Source of the DNA: Alphaproteobacteria bacterium
Lineage (GTDB): Bacteria; Pseudomonadota; Alphaproteobacteria; Bin95
Assembly (NCBI GenBank): GCA_965205265.1
Contig: CBDBGH010000003.1
Coordinates: forward strand, 5,152,001 to 5,216,000
Length of the DNA stretch: 64,000 nucleotides
Reading direction: 5' to 3'
A program made the position numbers and the translations under genes. Under the pieces are notes generated by a model. The model was not told the DNA's origin and searched no databases. It saw only the letters and a program-made list of their open reading frames with translations. Numbering within the stretch: the first letter of the stretch is position 1; every line of letters begins with the position of its first letter. Below, piece after piece: positions 50,993-60,997 of the stretch.

Positions 50993-52908
50993 CCTGACTT
51001 CGACGGTTGGGCTGACTTCTGACCGATCTCGCGTCTGGAGTTTTCAGTAAAGCCAATGAGTTGGCAGTTGCGGTGCGGTCAAGCTGCGTTGTAGTGCCTA
51101 GTAAATCTTTGAGACTGTCAATGCCTCCGCCACGCGCTACACTCCCCCCATGTTCGTGCGCATCAAGACCTCCCCCAACAGCCCGCGACGCTCGGTCCAG
51201 ATCGTCGAGGCCGTGCGCGACGGCGGCAAGGTCCGACAGCGCATCGTCCGCCATGTCGGCGTGGCCATGGACGAGGACGAGCTCGAGCGCCTGAGGCAGC
51301 TCGGCGAGTACGTCAAGGCGAAGCTGGAGGACGAGCGTCAGCCGGCATTGTTTGCGCCCGAGAAGATCGCTGAGCAGGCGATCCGTGTCGGCCGCCGGGG
51401 GGACGGCAAGGAGGAACTCCCGGTCGACCTCAAGCAGCTTGAAGAGGAGCAGCGCCTGATCACAGGCATCCACGAGGTCTATGGCGAGATCTACCGGCTG
51501 CTGGGCCTCGACGCGCTGCTGCCGCGCTCGCGCTACCGGGCCTCCCATGACGCGCTGTTCCATGTGGTGATGGCGCGGGTAGCCAACCCCGACAGCAAGC
51601 GGGGCAGCGTGCGCCGGCTCGAGGAGGACTTCGGCGTGAGTCTTCCGCTCGAGAAGGTCTACCGGATGATGGATCAGCTCGACGCGACGGTGATCGAGCG
51701 ACTGCGCACGCGCGTCGGCGAGGCGAGCCGGTCGCTGCTGCCGGAGCCGGTCGCGATCCTCTTCTTCGATTGCACCACGCTCTACTTCGAGACGGCCGCC
51801 GAGGACGAGCTTCGCCAGCACGGCTTCAGCAAGGACGGCAAACACAAGGACTCGCAGGTTCTGCTGGCGCTGATGGTGACGCGCGAAGGGCTGCCGATCA
51901 GCTACGAGGTCTTCCCCGGCGCCACCTACGAGGGACACAGCATGGTCCCGGTCCTGCAGGACATGCAGCGCCGCCACCAGGTGGAGCGCACGGTATGCGT
52001 GGCCGACCGGGGCATGCTGAGCGCCGACAACCTCGACGCCATGGACGCCATCGGCGGCGAGTATGTCGTCGGCGCGCGGCTGCGCAAGCTGCCGCTCGCG
52101 CTGCTGGGGCAGGTTCTCGACCCCGGGACCTATGCCCCGCTGGAGGGCTCACAGGACCGCCGGGTCGGCGAGTGGGAGTACAAGGGCCGTCGCCTGATCG
52201 TCGTCTTCTGCCCCCAGCGCGCACGCAAGGACGCGCACGAGCGCCGCCATCAGGTGGAACGCCTGCTCGACAGGCTGGCCCGCAGCGACAATCCCAGGGA
52301 ACTGCTCTCCAATCACGGGGCGAAGCGCTTCATCGCCGTCGAGGGCGACGCACGGCTCACGGTGAACCCGGAGAAGATCGCCGAGGCCGCACGATGGGAC
52401 GGGCTCACCGGCGTCATCACCAATCTGCGCGACGCGCGCGTCACCGAAGTGATGGCTCACTACCAGGGGCTCTGGCAGGTCGAGGAGAGCTTCCGGATCA
52501 CCAAACACGACCTGAAGATACGTCCCATCTGGCACTGGAACCCGGACCGGATCCGCGCTCACATCGCCATCGCCTTCCTGGCCTTCGCCTGCGTTCGACA
52601 CCTTGCGTACCGCGTCGCCATCCAGAAGCGGCGGATGTCCCCGGAGGTCATCCGCTCCGCCCTCGTCCACCGCCAGTGCTCCCTGCTGCGCTGTCGGCAA
52701 TCGGGCAACCGCTACGTCATCCCCTCGAAGCCGACACCGGCGGCGGAGCAGATTTACGCAACCATGGGGCTGCCCCTGACGATCACCCCGTATCAACTCG
52801 CCTGACCGTCGACGAAGCACGGCTCGAAGAAATGCCGGATGTAGTGCCTAGCCGAAATGAGAACCAGGCAATATCAACTACTTATGCGAATCAACCGTCG
52901 AAGTCAGG
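50993..52908 (+). mobile_element. IS1634-family element, copy 1
   Basis: 17-bp perfect IRs CCTGACTTCGACGGTTG / CAACCGTCGAAGTCAGG; no target duplication. Confidence 0.92.
51150..52805 (+). CDS. IS1634-family DDE transposase
   Basis: FFDCTTLYFE, GFSKDGK, VADRGM, YQGLWQVEESFRITK, RPIWHW. Confidence 0.93.
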   Translation: MFVRIKTSPNSPRRSVQIVEAVRDGGKVRQRIVRHVGVAMDEDELERLRQLGEYVKAKLEDERQPALFAPEKIAEQAIRVGRRGDGKEELPVDLKQLEEEQRLITGIHEVYGEIYRLLGLDALLPRSRYRASHDALFHVVMARVANPDSKRGSVRRLEEDFGVSLPLEKVYRMMDQLDATVIERLRTRVGEASRSLLPEPVAILFFDCTTLYFETAAEDELRQHGFSKDGKHKDSQVLLALMVTREGLPISYEVFPGATYEGHSMVPVLQDMQRRHQVERTVCVADRGMLSADNLDAMDAIGGEYVVGARLRKLPLALLGQVLDPGTYAPLEGSQDRRVGEWEYKGRRLIVVFCPQRARKDAHERRHQVERLLDRLARSDNPRELLSNHGAKRFIAVEGDARLTVNPEKIAEAARWDGLTGVITNLRDARVTEVMAHYQGLWQVEESFRITKHDLKIRPIWHWNPDRIRAHIAIAFLAFACVRHLAYRVAIQKRRMSPEVIRSALVHRQCSLLRCRQSGNRYVIPSKPTPAAEQIYATMGLPLTITPYQLA

Positions 52909-52991
52909 CGGCTGTCTGTAGAGGGGCCGTTTCGGGTTTTCATGTCGGCGGGGTAGGCTTTGTGTCGGTCTTGCAGGGAAAACGGCTGGCG

Positions 52992-53582
52992 ATGATCCTG
53001 AGTGAGTTCAGGCAGGCCTATGAAGCCGGAAGGCGGGATTTCTCCGGCGAGGTTCTGGCTGACGTGAACTTCGAGGGCCGCGACATGGAGGCGGTCAACT
53101 TCTCCGGCGCCGATCTGCGTGGCAGCCGGTTCCGGGACTGCCGGCTGGTAGAAGTGAGGTTCGACAGGGCCGACATGCGGCAGGCCGACCTGGCCGGCGC
53201 CTGGATCGAGGGGTGCCGGTTCGAGGAAGCCGAGATGGCGGACAGTGGACTGCCCGAGGCGCGGGTGTTCGATACCGATTTCCGGCACGCTTGGCTTCTG
53301 GGCGCCGATCTGCGCGGCGCGAGGGTCCGCGACTGCTCTTTCGTGGAGACGGACATGAGGCCGAGCGACCGCGCGAGAACCCGGGCGGACAATGCGCTGT
53401 TCGAGAATTCGGACTTCGAGGGCTCGATGGTGTCGGAGATGTCCTTTGCGGGAGTGCTGCTCCAGGGGTGTGCGGGCGAGCCTGCGCTGAGCGACGGAGC
53501 GGATTTCACGAATTGCCGGGCAATCCCGCGGCCGCCGGAGCCGGGTCCCGGGCCGGAACCGGACGCGGGGCCGACGCCATAG
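52992..53582 (+). CDS. Pentapeptide-repeat protein
   Basis: AYEAGRRDF cap; Pro-rich tail. Confidence 0.9.
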   Translation: MILSEFRQAYEAGRRDFSGEVLADVNFEGRDMEAVNFSGADLRGSRFRDCRLVEVRFDRADMRQADLAGAWIEGCRFEEAEMADSGLPEARVFDTDFRHAWLLGADLRGARVRDCSFVETDMRPSDRARTRADNALFENSDFEGSMVSEMSFAGVLLQGCAGEPALSDGADFTNCRAIPRPPEPGPGPEPDAGPTP

Positions 53583-53607
53583 CGGCCCGCTCGAGCTGGC
53601 GGAGGGT

Positions 53608-54513
53608 GTGATGGACAGGATGACGCGCGAGCAGGTCGAGAGAGCCTATGGCGAGGGCATGCGGGATTTTCGCGAGTTCGACCTGTCGGAACTGGACCTT
53701 TCTGGCCTTTCCCTGTCGAATGCCTGGATCGGCTGGGCGCGCAATACCGACTTTTCCAACGCCGATCTGGAGGAGGCGGTCCTCACGGATGTGACAGGTT
53801 GCAATTTCACCGATGCCCGGCTGTCGCGTGCCGTATTCGGGGAGCTTCTGCTGACCAGCACGGGCCCCGGCTACGCTGGCGGGGCCTGCTTCAGGGGAGC
53901 GAACCTGTCGCGTGCCGTATGCAAGCGGGCCATCTTCACCGGGGCCGATTTCACGGGGGCGAACATGACCGGCTGCGACTGCCGGTCCGGCAATTTCAGC
54001 AAGGCTGACCTTTCCGGGATCATAGGCAACTGGATCGTTTTCACAGGCGCCAGGCTGGACGGCGCGACGCTGAGCGACGCCCGGCTGTTGTACTCCAATT
54101 TCGACAGGGCCTCGCTTCGGGAGGCGATCCTGAAGGACACCCTGATCTCTGCCGTTTCGGCGGATTCGGCGACCTTCTCGAATGCGCGGATGGAGAAGGC
54201 CCGGATAGAACAGTCCGACTTTACACGGGCCGACCTGTCGGGCGCGGACATGCGCGGCGTCGTCGCCGCCTGGTCCCGGTTCGACGGGACGGTGTTCCGC
54301 AAGGCCGACCTGCGGGATCTGGAGGCGGAGGCTCCGGTGTTTGCCAGGGACGCCGACTGGAGGGAGGCCGACCTGTCCGGCGCCGGACTGGCAGAAGTGG
54401 TTTTCGCAGACGGCCGCTTCGAGGGAACGCGGGCGGAAGGCGTCCGGTTCGGCGATGGTGGCCCGCCTGAAGGGCTTGTTACGGGAAGGGCTGCGGCGGC
54501 GGGGCCCGGCTGA
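53608..54513 (+). CDS. Pentapeptide-repeat protein
   Basis: AYGEGMRDF cap plus repeats. Confidence 0.92.
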   Translation: MMDRMTREQVERAYGEGMRDFREFDLSELDLSGLSLSNAWIGWARNTDFSNADLEEAVLTDVTGCNFTDARLSRAVFGELLLTSTGPGYAGGACFRGANLSRAVCKRAIFTGADFTGANMTGCDCRSGNFSKADLSGIIGNWIVFTGARLDGATLSDARLLYSNFDRASLREAILKDTLISAVSADSATFSNARMEKARIEQSDFTRADLSGADMRGVVAAWSRFDGTVFRKADLRDLEAEAPVFARDADWREADLSGAGLAEVVFADGRFEGTRAEGVRFGDGGPPEGLVTGRAAAAGPG

Positions 54514-54528
54514 GCTGGAGGAGATCTG

Positions 54529-55668
54529 GTGATGGACAGGGTAGTCCGGCGGATCGAGGAGCTTTACGCTGGCGGGCGCCGCGATTTCCGCGGCTGGGAC
54601 CTGCGTGGGCAGGACCTGCGCGGACTCCATCTATCGGGCGCGAACTTCACCGGCTGCGATTGCCGGGGTGCGGATTTCTCCGAGGCGACGCTCAACCGCG
54701 CGAGGTTCGACATGTGCGACATGCGCGGGGCTCGCTTTGCCGATGCCGCGCTCGGCATGGCACGGTTCTGGAGGGCTGATATTTCCGGGACCGACTTCCG
54801 GGGTGCCTATATCTATGGAGCAAGAGCCCGCGGGGCGAAGGTGGACCATACGGATTTCTCCGGGGTGCGCGGCGCGGAGCCGGGAGCAATGCTCGGCGGG
54901 CCGGATGAGGCGCTTGCCGAAGCGCGCCGGCATGTGCAGATCGACGAAGTCGGAAATGTGCGTGTGAATCCCGCGCGCATGGAGGGCCGTCGGCCCCAAT
55001 TCAGGCAGGAGGATGTGGATTTCCTGCGACGCGAGCGGATCGTGGCCCGCCTTGCGGCAGGCCAGCCGCGCACGACGTCCGGCCTGGTGGACTTCGGCGG
55101 CTATGACTTCTCGGGCCTGGACCTCTCGGGGCTGGACATGTCCAGCTGCGATATGACCCGGGCGCGGTTCCATGGCGCCGACATGCGGGGTGCGAAACTG
55201 ACAGGCTCGGCCCTTTACCGGGCCGAACTGGTGTCGGTGGACCTGACCGAGGCCCGGGCGGACGGCTGCTATATCGCCGAGGCGGACATGCTCGGATGCA
55301 GGGCCTCGGACGCGGTGTTCGACGAATGCGACATCAGGCGCACGGCCATTCTGGCATGCGACCTGGAAAGGGCAGGGTTCGAGCGAGCGAATATGAGCGG
55401 CAACCGGTTTGTGGACCCGGACATGGAGCGTGGCCTTCCGTTGGATGTCTGCCGTCGTCTCGATACGCCGTCGCGCACGGAGATGCCCGGGGCGACGTTG
55501 CGGGGCTCCCGGATCCGCGAGAGCGTGTTCAGCGAGGACCAGATGGCGGAGGCGGATTTCGCCGACGTCTCCTACAGTCCGCCGACCGCAGGGAAGGGGG
55601 GATACGGTGCGGAACCCGGGATGGTCCCGGAGGCGCGCCCCGAAGGGCCGACGCTGCCTTCGCTCTAG
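54529..55668 (+). CDS. Pentapeptide-repeat protein with two modules
   Basis: LYAGGRRDF cap; non-repeat insert; second repeat block. Confidence 0.92.
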   Translation: MMDRVVRRIEELYAGGRRDFRGWDLRGQDLRGLHLSGANFTGCDCRGADFSEATLNRARFDMCDMRGARFADAALGMARFWRADISGTDFRGAYIYGARARGAKVDHTDFSGVRGAEPGAMLGGPDEALAEARRHVQIDEVGNVRVNPARMEGRRPQFRQEDVDFLRRERIVARLAAGQPRTTSGLVDFGGYDFSGLDLSGLDMSSCDMTRARFHGADMRGAKLTGSALYRAELVSVDLTEARADGCYIAEADMLGCRASDAVFDECDIRRTAILACDLERAGFERANMSGNRFVDPDMERGLPLDVCRRLDTPSRTEMPGATLRGSRIRESVFSEDQMAEADFADVSYSPPTAGKGGYGAEPGMVPEARPEGPTLPSL

Positions 55669-55767
55669 CCCGGTCCCGCCGGGGTGTTCGGACGCCATAG
55701 GCGGACCTTCGTGTTTTCACCCCTCTGAAGCACAATGGCGTGAGAGGGTAAACGAGAGGCGTCGGCC

Positions 55768-56673
55768 ATGCTGCACGGGCTGAAGATGACCGAGGAGGAT
55801 GTCCGGAAGCGTCTTCAGAGAGGCGAGAAGAACTTCGCCGGCTGCGACTTCTCGATTCTCGATCTCGGCGGCCTCGACTTCTCGGGCTGCCGTCTCGACC
55901 GAGCACAGTTCAGGAGCTGCATTCTGGATCTGGAGAAGGCCAATCTGCGCGGGGCGGACATCAACGGCGCGGATTTCACCGGGGCGGCCTTGAGCGGGGC
56001 GTGCCTCGACGCCGCCCGGGGCGTCGGGGCGCGGTTCGCCGGGGTTGTGTTGCGTGAGGTCAGCATGGTGCGGGCCGACATGACGGAAGCGGATTTCAGC
56101 CGGGCCGACCTGACCGGCTCCAATCTCTACGGAACCCGCTTCCTGCGCGCGAACGCAGTCGAGGCGGTCATGCGCCGGGTCGAAGCACGCCGATCCTGTT
56201 TCATGGATGCGGACATGCGCAAGGCGGACATCGCGGATGGCCGCTTCGACCATGCGGTGCTGGACGCCGCCGACATGCGCGGCGTGTATGGTCCGGAGGC
56301 ATTCTTCACCGGGGCATCCATGCACATGGCATGCCTTGAGGAAGCGGTGCTCGACGATGTGAGGATGGGAGAGGCCGATCTCGGGTCGGCGAGCCTGCGA
56401 AACGCGGAAATGTCGGGCGCCCGTCTTTCCAGGGCCCATATGTCCGGCGCAGACATGTGCGAGGCCAAATTGCAGGGAGCCGATCTGGAGGAAGCGACCT
56501 GCGCCGGTGCGTCTTTCCTGGGTGCGGACCTGTCGGAAACGAATTTCAGGAACGCCCATTGGGACGAGGCCGCCGATTTCTCCGGAGCCCGGGTGACCGG
56601 GGCGCATTTCACCGGAGGGGCAGCGCCGCCGGGCGCCGTTCAGGATGAACCGGCGCCAGCGCTTGCGTCCTGA
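55768..56673 (+). CDS. Pentapeptide-repeat protein
   Basis: RLQRGEKNF cap plus repeats. Confidence 0.92.
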   Translation: MLHGLKMTEEDVRKRLQRGEKNFAGCDFSILDLGGLDFSGCRLDRAQFRSCILDLEKANLRGADINGADFTGAALSGACLDAARGVGARFAGVVLREVSMVRADMTEADFSRADLTGSNLYGTRFLRANAVEAVMRRVEARRSCFMDADMRKADIADGRFDHAVLDAADMRGVYGPEAFFTGASMHMACLEEAVLDDVRMGEADLGSASLRNAEMSGARLSRAHMSGADMCEAKLQGADLEEATCAGASFLGADLSETNFRNAHWDEAADFSGARVTGAHFTGGAAPPGAVQDEPAPALAS

Positions 56674-56718
56674 CAGGGTCTGGGTGGACCGATTACACGA
56701 AACGAGGAGGACAGCAGG

Positions 56719-57396
56719 ATGGGTGACAACGAACCGCAGGAGGTCCTGTCCATTCCGTTGCTCGGAGCCGGGGAGCGCGACCGCTTCGCGGCGTTGACAT
56801 TCAAATTGAAGAGGATGTTCCGGGACCTGGAAGAGTTCCCCCGCGCCTTGGACGGAATGGAGCGCAACGACATGATTCGCTCGCTCGGTCTCCTGGACGA
56901 GGTCATTTACGGTCTGGACAGGTGGATGGAAGACCATCTGAGCGCGGCCTTCAGGGCCCGGGACCTGGCGGGCGAGAACGAGCGTCTGCGGGCGAGCAGT
57001 TCCGCCCTGTCGGAGGCCCTCCGGGGTTGGCACGAGCTGGATGACGGTCACACGCCGGAGCGCGTGTCCAGAGAGCAGCCCCTGATTTCAAGGGCAGAAA
57101 GGGATCGGGCCGGGTCCATCCTCTTCAATGCCGATGACGCCAACAGGATTGCCGAGTGGTCCCGGGAGCGGTTTGCCGAGGCGCTCGATGACCTCGAGGC
57201 TGAAATCCGGGGACAGTCGGCTCTGGCGTTCCGGTTCGCGCGGCACGCTTTGCAGGCCTATGCCCGGATTGCGCCGGACGAACCTGCGAGCAATCTCGTG
57301 AATGACTTCGATACGCTGGCGGAGATCGTCGAGGAGGTCCGCACCGATGCGCACAGGAGGCTGGAGGCGGAACAAGGGGACAGCGCGGAACCATAG
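56719..57396 (+). CDS. Hypothetical helical protein
   Basis: GAGGAGG RBS; ends DSAEP. Confidence 0.7.
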   Translation: MGDNEPQEVLSIPLLGAGERDRFAALTFKLKRMFRDLEEFPRALDGMERNDMIRSLGLLDEVIYGLDRWMEDHLSAAFRARDLAGENERLRASSSALSEALRGWHELDDGHTPERVSREQPLISRAERDRAGSILFNADDANRIAEWSRERFAEALDDLEAEIRGQSALAFRFARHALQAYARIAPDEPASNLVNDFDTLAEIVEEVRTDAHRRLEAEQGDSAEP

Positions 57397-57435
57397 TCGG
57401 TTCCGTCTTCCGGATTTACGAGGAGGGGAGCGGCC

Positions 57436-58395
57436 GTGAGAGGTCAACGTCCCTACAGGGAAATCCTGATGGAGCAGGCCGTGGTCATCAAGGACGCCCT
57501 CTGCGCCGATGTGGCGGCGTGGAACAGGGTCTTCGACGCCGGCGACGAAGAGCGGGCCGATGCGCTTCGCGCGGAAATGGCGGAGGGAGTCGCGCATGCG
57601 GTCGCGTTTCGGGTCAGTGACGGGTCCTGGCATTGGGAGTGGGGGCTGGCCGGCGCTCGTTTAGGCAGTGTCGATGTTCGCATGACCGGCCCGGTCGGGA
57701 AGGATGGCGAGATTGCCGATGCCACCCTGCAATGCCTGCAGGACGGCGCCTGGACCGATGTGCCCTGCACAGAGGACGAGAAAGCGCTGCTTTACGATGC
57801 GGCGCTCTTTGCGCTCGGGAATTGCGACAGCCTCATAGAGGAGGCGGTCGAGGAGGAGATCGACGAAGGCTTGCGGGACGGGCTGTCAGAGTTCTATTCG
57901 ATGCCGGTGGATCCGGGACGCGGCGAGGGCGATGGAAGCCCGCAGGCAGACGCGGTGCGCCACAATGTGGCGGTCGTCTGCGGTGCCTTGGAGGAGAACC
58001 GGATCGGTGGCCTCGTGGCCGCGTTCGGAGGGGAGGCAGGCGAGGGATCGGTTCGGATAGATCTGCCGAAGGCAGAGTGGATATTCGCGCTTCCCGTTCG
58101 GGGCCTTCTGGAGGACACCGGAGAGGGGCTGGCGGCTCCCCGGCCGGACATGCGTCTCGACGCGGCCGTGGCGTTTGTCGGCGCGGAAGTCCTGGACTCG
58201 CTCTACGGAGGAGAGTGGAAGGAGGGAGACGGCGCGCTCGGCAGGATCGTCTTCATGGACGACAAGGCGAGGGTGATGTGCGGGTCTCGGGCGGTTCTGG
58301 CCGAAGACCCGGCCGCGCGCTGGGACCGAGCGGAGATCGGAGGCCGTCATCTCCGTCGCCTCCCTGAGGAGGGAGGCCTTTCGCCTTCGCCATAG
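57436..58395 (+). CDS. Hypothetical protein; C-terminal half resembles a degenerate DUF6878-like domain
   Basis: RHNVAVVCGALEENRI..AAFGGEAGEG...GEWKEGDGALG; ends LSPSP. Confidence 0.65.
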   Translation: MRGQRPYREILMEQAVVIKDALCADVAAWNRVFDAGDEERADALRAEMAEGVAHAVAFRVSDGSWHWEWGLAGARLGSVDVRMTGPVGKDGEIADATLQCLQDGAWTDVPCTEDEKALLYDAALFALGNCDSLIEEAVEEEIDEGLRDGLSEFYSMPVDPGRGEGDGSPQADAVRHNVAVVCGALEENRIGGLVAAFGGEAGEGSVRIDLPKAEWIFALPVRGLLEDTGEGLAAPRPDMRLDAAVAFVGAEVLDSLYGGEWKEGDGALGRIVFMDDKARVMCGSRAVLAEDPAARWDRAEIGGRHLRRLPEEGGLSPSP

Positions 58396-58681
58396 GGGCG
58401 CGGGATGCCCGGTATTTTCCCGGTTCGGAGACTTGTCCGGAGCCGCAGAAGGAGAAACCCTCATGTCGGAAGCGGGCCCATCCATTACCCTGACCGGGCT
58501 GCAGGAGCGCTACAACGCCGGCGAACGGGACTTCCGGGGGATTTCCGCACGCGGCCAACGTATCCGGAATATCGAGGTTCCCGGCGCGGACTTCAGCGGT
58601 GCGGATTTCAGCGGCGTCCACATCGAGGCGACGTGCGATTTTTCCGATTGCCGGCTGGACGATGCGGATTTCAGCCATAGC

Positions 58682-58881
58682 AGGATCGCTCGCGGGCATT
58701 TCATCCGCTGCGGTATGCAGCGGGCAAATCTGGAGGGGGCCCGGTTTCGCCAGCCCCTGTTCACCAAGGCCGATCTGAGCGAGGCCAATTGCAGGGAAGC
58801 CTATCTATGGGGCAGCGGCCTGACAAGCGCCTCTTTCAGGAATGCCGACCTTACGGAAGCGCTCGTCTCAAGGACAGATCT
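58682..58881 (+). repeat. 200-bp target-site duplication, left copy
   Basis: AGGATCGCTC...GACAGATCT repeated at 60798-60997. Confidence 0.93.
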
Positions 58882-60797
58882 CCTGACTTCGACGGTTGGG
58901 CTGACTTCTGACCGATCTCGCGTCTGGAGTTTTCAGTAAAGCCAATGAGTTGGCAGTTGCGGTGCGGTCAAGCTGCGTTGTAGTGCCTAGTAAATCTTTG
59001 AGACTGTCAATGCCTCCGCCACGCGCTACACTCCCCCCATGTTCGTGCGCATCAAGACCTCCCCCAACAGCCCGCGACGCTCGGTCCAGATCGTCGAGGC
59101 CGTGCGCGACGGCGGCAAGGTCCGACAGCGCATCGTCCGCCATGTCGGCGTGGCCATGGACGAGGACGAGCTCGAGCGCCTGAGGCAGCTCGGCGAGTAC
59201 GTCAAGGCGAAGCTGGAGGACGAGCGTCAGCCGGCATTGTTTGCGCCCGAGAAGATCGCTGAGCAGGCGATCCGTGTCGGCCGCCGGGGGGACGGCAAGG
59301 AGGAACTCCCGGTCGACCTCAAGCAGCTTGAAGAGGAGCAGCGCCTGATCACAGGCATCCACGAGGTCTATGGCGAGATCTACCGGCTGCTGGGCCTCGA
59401 CGCGCTGCTGCCGCGCTCGCGCTACCGGGCCTCCCATGACGCGCTGTTCCATGTGGTGATGGCGCGGGTAGCCAACCCCGACAGCAAGCGGGGCAGCGTG
59501 CGCCGGCTCGAGGAGGACTTCGGCGTGAGTCTTCCGCTCGAGAAGGTCTACCGGATGATGGATCAGCTCGACGCGACGGTGATCGAGCGACTGCGCACGC
59601 GCGTCGGCGAGGCGAGCCGGTCGCTGCTGCCGGAGCCGGTCGCGATCCTCTTCTTCGATTGCACCACGCTCTACTTCGAGACGGCCGCCGAGGACGAGCT
59701 TCGCCAGCACGGCTTCAGCAAGGACGGCAAACACAAGGACTCGCAGGTTCTGCTGGCGCTGATGGTGACGCGCGAAGGGCTGCCGATCAGCTACGAGGTC
59801 TTCCCCGGCGCCACCTACGAGGGACACAGCATGGTCCCGGTCCTGCAGGACATGCAGCGCCGCCACCAGGTGGAGCGCACGGTATGCGTGGCCGACCGGG
59901 GCATGCTGAGCGCCGACAACCTCGACGCCATGGACGCCATCGGCGGCGAGTATGTCGTCGGCGCGCGGCTGCGCAAGCTGCCGCTCGCGCTGCTGGGGCA
60001 GGTTCTCGACCCCGGGACCTATGCCCCGCTGGAGGGCTCACAGGACCGCCGGGTCGGCGAGTGGGAGTACAAGGGCCGTCGCCTGATCGTCGTCTTCTGC
60101 CCCCAGCGCGCACGCAAGGACGCGCACGAGCGCCGCCATCAGGTGGAACGCCTGCTCGACAGGCTGGCCCGCAGCGACAATCCCAGGGAACTGCTCTCCA
60201 ATCACGGGGCGAAGCGCTTCATCGCCGTCGAGGGCGACGCACGGCTCACGGTGAACCCGGAGAAGATCGCCGAGGCCGCACGATGGGACGGGCTCACCGG
60301 CGTCATCACCAATCTGCGCGACGCGCGCGTCACCGAAGTGATGGCTCACTACCAGGGGCTCTGGCAGGTCGAGGAGAGCTTCCGGATCACCAAACACGAC
60401 CTGAAGATACGTCCCATCTGGCACTGGAACCCGGACCGGATCCGCGCTCACATCGCCATCGCCTTCCTGGCCTTCGCCTGCGTTCGACACCTTGCGTACC
60501 GCGTCGCCATCCAGAAGCGGCGGATGTCCCCGGAGGTCATCCGCTCCGCCCTCGTCCACCGCCAGTGCTCCCTGCTGCGCTGTCGGCAATCGGGCAACCG
60601 CTACGTCATCCCCTCGAAGCCGACACCGGCGGCGGAGCAGATTTACGCAACCATGGGGCTGCCCCTGACGATCACCCCGTATCAACTCGCCTGACCGTCG
60701 ACGAAGCACGGCTCGAAGAAATGCCGGATGTAGTGCCTAGCCGAAATGAGAACCAGGCAATATCAACTACTTATGCGAATCAACCGTCGAAGTCAGG
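58882..60797 (+). mobile_element. IS1634-family element, copy 2
   Basis: Same IRs and identical transposase translation as copy 1. Confidence 0.93.
59039..60694 (+). CDS. IS1634-family DDE transposase
   Basis: Identical to 51150-52805. Confidence 0.93.
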   Translation: MFVRIKTSPNSPRRSVQIVEAVRDGGKVRQRIVRHVGVAMDEDELERLRQLGEYVKAKLEDERQPALFAPEKIAEQAIRVGRRGDGKEELPVDLKQLEEEQRLITGIHEVYGEIYRLLGLDALLPRSRYRASHDALFHVVMARVANPDSKRGSVRRLEEDFGVSLPLEKVYRMMDQLDATVIERLRTRVGEASRSLLPEPVAILFFDCTTLYFETAAEDELRQHGFSKDGKHKDSQVLLALMVTREGLPISYEVFPGATYEGHSMVPVLQDMQRRHQVERTVCVADRGMLSADNLDAMDAIGGEYVVGARLRKLPLALLGQVLDPGTYAPLEGSQDRRVGEWEYKGRRLIVVFCPQRARKDAHERRHQVERLLDRLARSDNPRELLSNHGAKRFIAVEGDARLTVNPEKIAEAARWDGLTGVITNLRDARVTEVMAHYQGLWQVEESFRITKHDLKIRPIWHWNPDRIRAHIAIAFLAFACVRHLAYRVAIQKRRMSPEVIRSALVHRQCSLLRCRQSGNRYVIPSKPTPAAEQIYATMGLPLTITPYQLA

Positions 60798-60997
60798 AGG
60801 ATCGCTCGCGGGCATTTCATCCGCTGCGGTATGCAGCGGGCAAATCTGGAGGGGGCCCGGTTTCGCCAGCCCCTGTTCACCAAGGCCGATCTGAGCGAGG
60901 CCAATTGCAGGGAAGCCTATCTATGGGGCAGCGGCCTGACAAGCGCCTCTTTCAGGAATGCCGACCTTACGGAAGCGCTCGTCTCAAGGACAGATCT
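60798..60997 (+). repeat. 200-bp target-site duplication, right copy
   Basis: Matches 58682-58881. Confidence 0.93.
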
